A stretch of DNA of 64,000 bases from a virus. The stretch lies in the IMG/VR virus record IMGVR_UViG_3300011113_000621, positions 35,754-99,753 of that record, one strand, 5' to 3'. Positions 54,201-61,416 of this stretch are shown here, one piece after another. The position numbers and the translations under genes were made by a program. Positions within the stretch are counted from its first letter, which is position 1. Each line of letters begins with the position of its first letter. The notes beneath the pieces were generated by a model. It saw nothing but the letters and a program-made list of their open reading frames with translations. It searched no databases and was not told the origin of the DNA.

Positions 54201-55656
54201 ATTAACTCCGACCATTACACAAACCGAAACATCCAATGGATCAATTACCGTTACGGTAACTCCTCCTTTAGGCTATGAGGCAAACACCTGGTTTTATCAA
54301 GTTGTATCATCAAACTCATCTGCCTCTAACCCTTATGTAAATGGAACCTGGAATACAGATGGAGCTCCTGCGTCATTCACAATCTCAGGTTTATCAAATG
54401 GAGTAACCTACACAGTTCGTGTTGCTCACTGGAATGGTGCAGTTAGCTCATATGCAGAAACCACTGCAACTCCAATCTCTCCAGCAACTACACCCGTCTA
54501 CGTTCCAGAGGAACCTGATTTAGGTCCAGCTTTTGACTTAGAGCCTGAAGACGATGTAGAGCCAGAAACAGAAGAGGAAACAGAAGAGCCTGAAGAAGAA
54601 GAAGAAGAGCCTGAAGAGGAAATAGAAGAAGAGGAAACAGAAGAGCCTGAAGACTCAGAAGAAGAAGAAGAAGAAGAAGAAGAAGAAGAAGAAGACTCTA
54701 CTTCTGAGCAGGACGAATCTGAGCCAGACGTTGAAGACCCTGAAATAGAAACTCCACAAGACGAAGAAGACCTTGACCCAGAAACACCAGAAGACCCCCA
54801 GACAGACCCAGAAACAGAGCAACCAGAAGAACCGGCAGACCCAGAGCCAGAAGAGGAATCACCAGAAGAAGAGCAAGAAGACGACGAAGAGCCAATAACA
54901 CCTGAACCTCCTAAGGAAGAGACAAAACCTAACGAGCCAGATACTACACCAAAAGAGGAAAAAGTAAACAACCTACAGGACGCTCTTTCAGATGGTAAGG
55001 TCTCAAAGGAGGAGGCAGCCTCAATAATTGAGTCTGTAACTCAAAACTCAGGTGAAACCTTATCTGCAAGTGAAAAGGCCGTCGTTGCAACAGTCTTAGT
55101 TGCAGCTTATGTTTCTGCCAGCGGTGACGGTGCGGTTCCCGCATCAGTTATGGCCGAGGCAGGAATTGCAGCAAAGGATCTTCCACCTGATACACCCGTT
55201 GAGTTAGAAAACGGTGTTGTTATCGTTGCCGAGGTTCAAGCAGCATTTGAGGTCCTCGCAGATCCAGGAGAATTACTTGCGGCTGCGTTTTCAGATCCAG
55301 GACAGGTATTAACTGCGCTTACGAATTTAGGTGCAGACATGTCTGAGGAAGAGCGTGAGGAATCACAAAAGGTTGTTGTTGCATCTGTAGTTGCGGCTGG
55401 TGTTGCAGTTCAAGCAGCTGCGGCAGCGGCAACCACAGCGGCAGCTGCAGCGGCAACTACTTCATCATCCTCTTCATCGTCATCATCAAGTCGCGGTGGC
55501 GGTGACGCGGGAGCACCTGGCGGTCGCGAAGGTGGAACTGTAAAGCGTCGTCGCACGGCATCAAAGTCAAAGACAAAACCTAAGGCAAAAACCAAGAAGG
55601 CAGTTAAAAAGTCCGGTAGAATACGCCGTATCAGCATAAGGAGAAAGCCAGTATGA
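51238..55656 (+). CDS. Large secreted/surface protein with A/T/Q coiled coils, PA14-like and FN3-like domains and an acidic tract
   Basis: Signal peptide (..SSSYA|EE); PA14-like ADDGTILQLDGNTVINDW...FYENGGGA; FN3-like ISGLSNGVTYTVRVA; Glu-rich linker; hydrophobic then basic C-terminus. Confidence 0.75.
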   Translation: MSPKHRAQKLALATFLATGYIAFTPSSSYAEETQASPSPAPSQTQQPEPSPSPTSEASQAPTPASSTAPSSTPTQEQSQSTSNTQQTTSQESTSSTPPSPGPTASQTSQEPSTSSAPTGTSPEPSSGSTQTQQQESSSPNNPTPAVTSSTEPTTPPPPPTNQDLVNQAQATVTAQSTILTEVSNTSASLSTEPNPSTTAAITTAQAAITDAQTAVTAAQTAVTNEQTAQTTLTQTQQTLTTATQAVATTTQTLTTAQAESTQAQTAVTTQTAVVATAQADVTEKTEVLTQATQAVTTQTAVVTQVTETAASAQQAAATATTTDVTTHTFQTSPNDNLANPPAGAITVATVLAKDSNGNVTSEQAVVAGDSFNTTVISSAGSSQAGANNPNVSGNAVEIRANPNETMIRVANWSDASVVKVEFNVWAKNGQQVGTVRHVDGTTFEFIMKDLAGLPNYGEKITLNANVGNKIHEIFFPATNDWYTVDNLTITTNMTNSTLVAAAQQAQATVVTETQTLTTLQTQQATAQTNLTTAQTTLTTETNTLTTLQATATEKEAVVVTAQTAVVAAQTEAAQATVAVATAQTNLTAAQDATANAITTMQEKVELAQQAVTVADVQTDLDVAQKQINTQTQQAQANNTATEAAPVIANAQAAVDTARVIADAALTAVQTAISQNASAPTEAAAQAQVTQAQENVTTTQTAVVTAQTAVTSAQAVVASEQTDVTTAQAAVATAQAAVDAATTSGVQAKVYNNLGYNNAPPLPGDNRLISTTTVNNIQFSWGGGPVLNTLSEDVAVKFTGQLTAPVSGTIYFYAPADDGTILQLDGNTVINDWYDKGGGGSVQTYNVVAGDPMDLTFWFYENGGGAHVNLMWNIGNGWQTIPASAFTQSNATLEQITALSTANNNLTLETQQLSQAQGTLTSAQSTLTTTQSSLTIAQTNLASAQTTLTSAQTADTAVDTSATAVIAAVNAINVAETYTNSLSSDIHATLTPTITQTETSNGSITVTVTPPLGYEANTWFYQVVSSNSSASNPYVNGTWNTDGAPASFTISGLSNGVTYTVRVAHWNGAVSSYAETTATPISPATTPVYVPEEPDLGPAFDLEPEDDVEPETEEETEEPEEEEEEPEEEIEEEETEEPEDSEEEEEEEEEEEEDSTSEQDESEPDVEDPEIETPQDEEDLDPETPEDPQTDPETEQPEEPADPEPEEESPEEEQEDDEEPITPEPPKEETKPNEPDTTPKEEKVNNLQDALSDGKVSKEEAASIIESVTQNSGETLSASEKAVVATVLVAAYVSASGDGAVPASVMAEAGIAAKDLPPDTPVELENGVVIVAEVQAAFEVLADPGELLAAAFSDPGQVLTALTNLGADMSEEEREESQKVVVASVVAAGVAVQAAAAAATTAAAAAATTSSSSSSSSSSRGGGDAGAPGGREGGTVKRRRTASKSKTKPKAKTKKAVKKSGRIRRISIRRKPV
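54658..54693 (+). repeat. (GAA)12 microsatellite encoding poly-Glu
   Basis: Twelve perfect GAA units. Confidence 0.9.
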
Positions 55657-55847
55657 ACCTATTAAAAGATATCTTTAGAGATATTACCGATCAAGCCTGG
55701 ACACTTTTGGGCATGTTCGTAGCCTGGCTTGTCCTTGACGGATCCGCCCGCACCATGACGGGTTATGCCATTATTGCAACAACTTTCTTTTGGATCTTAA
55801 CTTATCCTTTACGTAACCCTAAGGACTCAGAAGACGCCGAAGAATAA
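55653..55847 (+). CDS. Small two-TM membrane protein
   Basis: QAWTLLGMFVAWLVLDGSA; ATGA-coupled to the large surface protein. Confidence 0.7.
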   Translation: MNLLKDIFRDITDQAWTLLGMFVAWLVLDGSARTMTGYAIIATTFFWILTYPLRNPKDSEDAEE

Positions 55848-55863
55848 GTGTTAAAATAGCCTC

Positions 55864-57024
55864 ATGCGTCTTATAGGTAACTCAAGCTCAGGTGGTAAAG
55901 GTATTGCTCCAGTAGCTCCTACAATTGGAACGGCCACCGTAACAAACTCAACAACAGTATCTTTGACTTTTACGGCTCCCTTCTCTAAACTTCCAATTAC
56001 CTCTTATACAGTAACAAGCAGTCCAAGCATTGCTCTTTCGACTTCTGGCACGTCATCTCCAGTAACTGTAACTGGAACATTTGCTGCTAATCAGGCGTAC
56101 ACATTTACAATAGCAGCAGTTAACGCGAATGGAACTTCAGCTGCGTCTTCAGCAAGTAATTCCGTAAGCCCACTGGTTTCAAACCCACCTTCTAGCATAG
56201 AAGTTTTAGTCGTAGGCGGTGGCGGAGGTGGCGGTAGCGGTGATGCAACCTACGGCCCACCCGCTGGCGGTGGCGGAGGTGCAGGTGGATTTAGATTTAA
56301 TTCATCATTTGCTGTTACGTCTGGGACTAATTACACAGTAGGTATTGGTGGTGGAGGCAGCCGCGGTACTTTTGGAAGTGATGGAAGTAATGGCGGTGGA
56401 AGTAGCTTTGGTTCTTACTCTTGCAGCGGCGGTGGCGGTGGAGGCCTTGCAAACGGAAGAGCAAATGGAAAAAGCGGAGGATCAGGTGGCGGTGGTGGAA
56501 ATAACGGTGGGTCCGGTAATGCTGGAGGATTTACTCCAGTCGAAGGATATAGTGGTGGAACTCAGTCAGTAGTTCAAGGATCAGACGCTGGCGGCGGTGG
56601 CGGCGCTGGCGGAAGTGGATCTGCTGGACAATATAACGCTGGAAATGGTCTAGGTGGCAATGGCGGAGGTGGGGCTTCTAGCTCTATTTCTGGCTCATCA
56701 GTAACCTACGCAGGTGGCGGTGGCGGTGGCGGCGCATTTGGTGGCGGTGGCGGTGGAGGTGGCGGCGGAGGCAACGGAAGTACATGGCAGCCATACTCCC
56801 CTTCAGGCGGAGGTGCTGGAGGCTACGGCGGTGGCGGCGGCGGTGGCTCTAATCAAAGTCAAAGCTGGGGAGCTAATGGTGGATCTGGAGTAGTTATTAT
56901 TGCCTATTCAAATATCTATGACGCCCCGACAATAGCAGCTGGGCTATCTTATGACCAGCCAAGTCGCAGTGGCTACAGGGTGTATAGATTCAACAGCGGC
57001 AGCGGAAATGTGAGTTGGTCATAA
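55864..57024 (+). CDS. FN3 plus glycine-rich domain protein
   Basis: APTIGTAT...YTFTIAAVNANGTSAASSASNSV (FN3-like) then Gly-rich domain ending GGSGVVIIAY. Confidence 0.75.
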   Translation: MRLIGNSSSGGKGIAPVAPTIGTATVTNSTTVSLTFTAPFSKLPITSYTVTSSPSIALSTSGTSSPVTVTGTFAANQAYTFTIAAVNANGTSAASSASNSVSPLVSNPPSSIEVLVVGGGGGGGSGDATYGPPAGGGGGAGGFRFNSSFAVTSGTNYTVGIGGGGSRGTFGSDGSNGGGSSFGSYSCSGGGGGGLANGRANGKSGGSGGGGGNNGGSGNAGGFTPVEGYSGGTQSVVQGSDAGGGGGAGGSGSAGQYNAGNGLGGNGGGGASSSISGSSVTYAGGGGGGGAFGGGGGGGGGGGNGSTWQPYSPSGGGAGGYGGGGGGGSNQSQSWGANGGSGVVIIAYSNIYDAPTIAAGLSYDQPSRSGYRVYRFNSGSGNVSWS

Positions 57025-57356
57025 TGGCGCACTATGCATTACTAAATGAAAATAACGTTGTAGTAAATGTTATTAAAGGCAGAGATGAAAACGAAACTAT
57101 TGAAGGAATCTCCAACTGGGAACAGTATTATGGTGAGTTTTACAACGCGACATGTAAAAGAACATCCTACAACTCTGCTGCGGGAAAAAGAATAAACCCT
57201 GAAACAAATGAAACGGTAGACCAACCAGGATATAGAAAAAACTATGCTGGGATTGGATTTACATATGATTTTGAAAGAGATGCTTTTATTCCTCCAAAAC
57301 CAGAAGGCGACTGGGTCTTAAATGAAGATACCTGTCTCTGGGAACCTGCTGTTTAA
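57024..57356 (+). CDS. Partner of Gly-rich protein (paralog of 50812-51168)
   Basis: MAHYALLNENNVV...RTSYN...RKNYAGIGFTYD..RDAFIPPKP. Confidence 0.75.
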   Translation: MAHYALLNENNVVVNVIKGRDENETIEGISNWEQYYGEFYNATCKRTSYNSAAGKRINPETNETVDQPGYRKNYAGIGFTYDFERDAFIPPKPEGDWVLNEDTCLWEPAV

Positions 57357-57437
57357 CTATCACTTCAATTTCACATTATTTATAATTCACGTATATAATA
57401 CTTCCCTGCGCTAAGATGCGTTTAAGGGAGAATATAC

Positions 57438-57764
57438 ATGAAGAAGCTTGTCACCTATGTTACCAATGTAGATGAGGATATTGCCGAGAAGGCATATCGC
57501 TCATCAATTGACATCATCGCCAAGTCAATGCCTAATGTTCTTGTTAACCTTAAATCAATAGATTTAGAGCCTTATGACGATTACCGCGGTATCGTTGCAA
57601 GCTTTGAGTTTAGCTACGTAGATGTTTCAGAGGACAAGCAGCGTCGTGCCTCAATGTCAATACAGGATTCAATAGCCGCGCTTATCAAAATGCACTTGTG
57701 GTATGTCACCACACTCAACGTAATCTCAGAACCAGGAGTATTAAATGCCAAAGGCAAAAAGTAA
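57438..57764 (+). CDS. Hypothetical protein
   Basis: TATAAT upstream; AAGGGAG RBS. Confidence 0.6.
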   Translation: MKKLVTYVTNVDEDIAEKAYRSSIDIIAKSMPNVLVNLKSIDLEPYDDYRGIVASFEFSYVDVSEDKQRRASMSIQDSIAALIKMHLWYVTTLNVISEPGVLNAKGKK

Positions 57765-58236
57765 GACCACCGATGATCTAACTCTAAGGTATGCAAAAAA
57801 GATCGAGCCCTTCCTTAGTCTTGCAAAGAAGGCATATGGATTACGTAACCAGGATACACCTGCTCATAGGGCATCAACCAAGTACACCTTACTTGTTAAG
57901 GAATACTATGAAAAGGGCGGATCTCTCGTGGCACTTGCCGAGGAGTTAGGTGTTGCCTACTCCGGCCTGCGGCGAAGAATTTTCACCTTATCCACCTCGT
58001 CCGATACGCGTAAACCCCGCTCTAAGGCGAGTGAGGAAGCCACTCAAAAGGCGCTCACTGTCATTCTCAAGGCACGCGATACGTCAACCGAAAGGTATCA
58101 CGCTGAGCTTTATAAGGCCTATCACGCAGGCGTTTCCCTGGCAAAGATTAGCAAGGGGTTAAAGCTTTCATCGTCCGCTCCGTTATATTATGCAGTTCAA
58201 CGTCACGAAATTCGCATCAACTCGAAGGGTAGGTAA
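57745..58236 (+). CDS. Double HTH DNA-binding protein
   Basis: GGSLVALAEELGVAYSGLRRRI and GVSLAKISKGLKLSS. Confidence 0.7.
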   Translation: MPKAKSKTTDDLTLRYAKKIEPFLSLAKKAYGLRNQDTPAHRASTKYTLLVKEYYEKGGSLVALAEELGVAYSGLRRRIFTLSTSSDTRKPRSKASEEATQKALTVILKARDTSTERYHAELYKAYHAGVSLAKISKGLKLSSSAPLYYAVQRHEIRINSKGR

Positions 58237-58244
58237 GATAGAGC

Positions 58245-58391
58245 ATGTATAAGGAAGTCCACTTTGGAAAGCGCAGGTATCTCTACTACGGGTATGACTT
58301 TAAGCGAGTTGCCCTTGGTTTTGAGTTAGCCTTTAGGGCTAGGCAGGTAGGTTTAGATCTTGTCTTCTTTTGGGTGAACTTTGAGTGGTAA
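58245..58391 (+). CDS. Small aromatic-rich protein
   Basis: Manual ORF MYKEVHFGKRRYLYYGYDFKRVALGFELAFRARQVGLDLVFFWVNFEW. Confidence 0.55.
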   Translation: MYKEVHFGKRRYLYYGYDFKRVALGFELAFRARQVGLDLVFFWVNFEW

Positions 58392-58573
58392 GACAAAGCT
58401 TAATTGAATACACGTTAATTTGTCCATCGTGTAACTATAAGGTGCAAGGTCTTGCGCTTTCAAAGGTAAGCTTAAATAAGGATAATGATTGCTACGTGTG
58501 TAGCTTTCCTTGGGAAAAGGTTATCGTTAAAAGAAAGGTTAGTGATGGCAAAAAGGAAGATGCAGTTAGATAA
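58385..58573 (+). CDS. Small zinc-ribbon protein
   Basis: CPSC...CYVC. Confidence 0.55.
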   Translation: MVRQSLIEYTLICPSCNYKVQGLALSKVSLNKDNDCYVCSFPWEKVIVKRKVSDGKKEDAVR

Positions 58574-58766
58574 AGATATTGAAATCGCAATAACGATAGT
58601 TGAGCTTCCTCGCTGGCGAGATAGAATTGCTCGCATATTACTGGCGCTCGTTGGATTGCGTCACGTCTTATTTATATCCGCAAAGGATCCAATTCAATAC
58701 GTTAAATACGAACCCAAGCCCAAGCCTAAACCTAAACCCAAGAGGAAGCCTAAGAAAGCAGTTTAG
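58545..58766 (+). CDS. Small basic protein
   Basis: GAAAGG RBS; PK repeat tail. Confidence 0.55.
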   Translation: MAKRKMQLDKDIEIAITIVELPRWRDRIARILLALVGLRHVLFISAKDPIQYVKYEPKPKPKPKPKRKPKKAV

Positions 58767-58775
58767 AATAGCTTA

Positions 58776-58982
58776 GTGCCCTTAACCTACGGTCCTGCAA
58801 CTCCAATAGAGCCAGATCGTATATGTGATCTTTGCCCTCACGTTGCGCGTGTTAAGGTTGATTTAGCAGATAAGACAGTTTACTTTTGTGACATTCATGC
58901 GTTTGTTCACTCAGACTTAATTTGGGAAAACGCGCTCGCGATTTATGACGCGGCAGATATTCTCCCTCCGCAACCAGAATAA
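58776..58982 (+). CDS. Small zinc-binding protein (CDLC...FCDIH)
   Basis: Pattern shared with 34185-34397. Confidence 0.6.
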   Translation: MPLTYGPATPIEPDRICDLCPHVARVKVDLADKTVYFCDIHAFVHSDLIWENALAIYDAADILPPQPE

Positions 58983-58983
58983 A

Positions 58984-59016
58984 TAAAAACGGGCCCGCTT
59001 TCGCGAGCCCGTCTTC
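58984..59016. terminator. Bidirectional terminator
   Basis: AAAAACGGGCCCGC-TTTC-GCGAGCCCGTCTT between convergent genes. Confidence 0.75.
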
Positions 59017-59028
59017 TATTAAGTTGTA

Positions 59029-60168
59029 CTACTTGATAGGTGCAAACTTGTGCTTTGCAGCCTTTACGTTGTAGCGTGCCTTTAACGTAGCAAGAGCCTT
59101 ATCCGCTGCAGTCTTTGCGGCGGTCATATCAGCAATTGCCTTATCAAAGGAAGCCTTAGCATCTGCCATTGCCTTTGCAGCAACGTCAGCTGCTGCCTTA
59201 GCCTTTGCAGACTCTGCGGCGATTGCATCAGCCACTGCCTTTGCCTTATCGGCATCTGCGGTTGCCTTTGCAATCAATGCATCAGCCTTAGCCTTTGCAT
59301 CTGCATCTGCCATTGCCTTCTTGGTCGCGTCATGCGCGGCCTTTTCAGCAGTCAATTGAGCAGCTAGATCATTTAACGGTGTTACTGCAGCAACGGTTGA
59401 AACCGGAGCGGCAAGACCCGATACAGCATTAGCAACAGTTGCGGTCATAACAACGGTGATTGAAGATCCTGCAGCTTGTGCAAGAACTGCCAACTCAGCG
59501 TTGCCAAGTCCTACGGTTGCAGTCTCAACTGCGGTTGTAAGTGTTGCGGTGTTTGCACCAGTCGCGGCGACAGTTGCGCCTGCAACTGTTGCATTAACTG
59601 TAAGGCCAGAGACCTTGTTACCGAACACGTCAACTGCACTTACGACATACTTTGCAATAGTTCCTACTGCAACTGAAGAAGGTGAAACTAGTGAAATTGC
59701 GTTTGCAGCTCCAGCAGTTCCCTTCATGTAGATTGTGTTTGTCACACCGAGGTTTGAAACAGTAACGGTACCCGCTGCGGTCGTTGTAGTGAACGCATAC
59801 ACGGTCGCGGTTGTTCCTGTTCCTGTAGCTACGGCGAGTGCTTGAACTCCGTCAGCTGCACGAACGCGTGCACCTGCTGGATTATCAAGAGCAGCAACGA
59901 GCTTGATAGCACCCGTTGCGGTGAAAGTAACGACTGTACCTGTATCAACTGTTGCAACAAGACGGACTACGTCTGCCTCGTCAACTGTGTTATCTGCAGG
60001 TACTGTTACGGCAGCAGGGGCAGCGGCTGTGGTTGCATTTGAACCAGCGGTTGCAGCTCCTACCTTTACTGATAGGGTCATGTCCGCTGCCTTAGCAGGT
60101 GCAGTTGTAACTACACCTAATGCAAGGGCAAGAGAACATGCCATGGCGATCTTACGTACTAACTTCAT
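59029..60168 (-). CDS. Secreted Ala/Thr/Val-rich surface protein (Ig-like core, Ala/Lys helical tail)
   Basis: Signal peptide (..APAKA|AD); VDVFGN Ig-like motif; AKA-rich C-terminal coil. Confidence 0.7.
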   Translation of the reverse strand: MKLVRKIAMACSLALALGVVTTAPAKAADMTLSVKVGAATAGSNATTAAAPAAVTVPADNTVDEADVVRLVATVDTGTVVTFTATGAIKLVAALDNPAGARVRAADGVQALAVATGTGTTATVYAFTTTTAAGTVTVSNLGVTNTIYMKGTAGAANAISLVSPSSVAVGTIAKYVVSAVDVFGNKVSGLTVNATVAGATVAATGANTATLTTAVETATVGLGNAELAVLAQAAGSSITVVMTATVANAVSGLAAPVSTVAAVTPLNDLAAQLTAEKAAHDATKKAMADADAKAKADALIAKATADADKAKAVADAIAAESAKAKAAADVAAKAMADAKASFDKAIADMTAAKTAADKALATLKARYNVKAAKHKFAPIK

Positions 60169-60194
60169 TTGTCTCCTAAGTTGACAATAGATAG

Positions 60195-60326
60195 CTACTG
60201 TTTAGTAGCTAGGTGTTTGTCCTCACAAAGGCGTGCTAGTGACGTGACGACAAACGTCTTGCCACATATTGCACATTGCCATCGTGACAGTTTTTCGTTT
60301 GAAAAACCGTAATCTAGCGTTGACAT
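60195..60326 (-). CDS. Small zinc-finger-like protein
   Basis: Manual ORF ...WQCAICGKTFVVTSLARLCEDKH. Confidence 0.55.
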   Translation of the reverse strand: MSTLDYGFSNEKLSRWQCAICGKTFVVTSLARLCEDKHLATKQ

Positions 60327-60577
60327 GAGTCTACGCTCGCTCCTGGTTAACTCCAATCATTAAGAAATCCACGTGCTGACTTTTTGATAACGGAAGTTAC
60401 TAGTTAATTCATGATCCGCTCGTTCGAGATACCCACTCATATTCGCGCTCACAAAGGCAGACCCGGATGTCTCCAAGTAAGCATTTAAGTACAAGATTTT
60501 GGTATCTGCGATTCTTGCGGTTACTTTCATGTCTCTCCTAGAATAGGTTTATAGCCTCCCCCAGTAGCAGGACAATT

Positions 60578-60865
60578 CTATCTTATATCTTTACGTTTTA
60601 CCGAGTTTCTCATTCGCCGAATTCTTGACCTCTCGCGCTCGGTAGTTCCTCCCCAGATTCCTAGCTCCTTGTTTTCAATGGCCCACTCACGACAAGCTCC
60701 AATAAGCATGCAGGACTCACATACCTTTTTGGCAATATCAACCTCCCAACGGGCGGATCCTCTTTCTAGAAAAAATGCCTCTGGATCTGTAGTTGCACAA
60801 TTTGGAGTTCCATTGTTAAAGAACGTCGGGTATCTAGTTGATATTTTTATGTCTAATGATGCCAT
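60578..60865 (-). CDS. whiB: WhiB-family transcription factor
   Basis: C...DPEAFF...CESC.....C...GIWGGTTERER. Confidence 0.92.
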   Translation of the reverse strand: MASLDIKISTRYPTFFNNGTPNCATTDPEAFFLERGSARWEVDIAKKVCESCMLIGACREWAIENKELGIWGGTTERERSRIRRMRNSVKRKDIR

Positions 60866-60915
60866 GGATAGACCATATACAAAACGTTAATTCTTGTAAA
60901 CTGTAAATCTTTAGT

Positions 60916-61206
60916 TTAATGTAGTCTTATTCTTAGCATAGCGCGTCTTTGATCCTCGGTGGTCGCACCCCACACGCCATAAATCTCTGGGACCTTTAAT
61001 GCATGTTCAAGACATTTATTAACTACAGGACATCTTCTGCAAATACTTATTGCCTTTTGTTCCTTTTTTCTTTTGGTTGTAGATCTTTCTCCATGCTCTA
61101 AAAAGAAAATGCTAGGATCAACCTTTGTGCACTCACCTTGATACTGCCACTCCCAATCTTCTATAATTGGAGATATTGCAGGCGGCTTACGACTCGAGTA
61201 ACTCAC
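60916..61206 (-). CDS. whiB: WhiB-family transcription factor (WhiB3-like)
   Basis: WEWQYQGEC..VDPSIFF...CRRCPVVNKCLEHAL..PEIYGVWG. Confidence 0.92.
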   Translation of the reverse strand: MSYSSRKPPAISPIIEDWEWQYQGECTKVDPSIFFLEHGERSTTKRKKEQKAISICRRCPVVNKCLEHALKVPEIYGVWGATTEDQRRAMLRIRLH

Positions 61207-61242
61207 GAGAATGATAGTATACTTTTTACAACAAAAAGTAAA

Positions 61243-61416
61243 CTACCTTAAGGTAGAGTAAAAGCCAGTTCCCTTAAATTGTATAGCTGGTGTATTGTAG
61301 ATCCTCTTTAGGTTAGTATTACACTTAGGGCAAACAGGATTACCTTCTGGCTCAGTCATTGGCCTTTGTATCGAGATGTTGTGCTTGTTCTCGCACACGT
61401 ATTCATACACTGCCAT
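61243..61416 (-). CDS. FmdB-family zinc-ribbon protein
   Basis: Manual ORF MAVYEYVCENKH...CPKC...LKRIYNTPAIQFKGTGFYST. Confidence 0.8.
   Translation of the reverse strand: MAVYEYVCENKHNISIQRPMTEPEGNPVCPKCNTNLKRIYNTPAIQFKGTGFYSTLR

Noticed and set aside
51238-55656. Tape measure protein
   Set aside because: Has a signal peptide, PA14/FN3-like domains and an acidic tract, and is outside the tail operon on the opposite strand.
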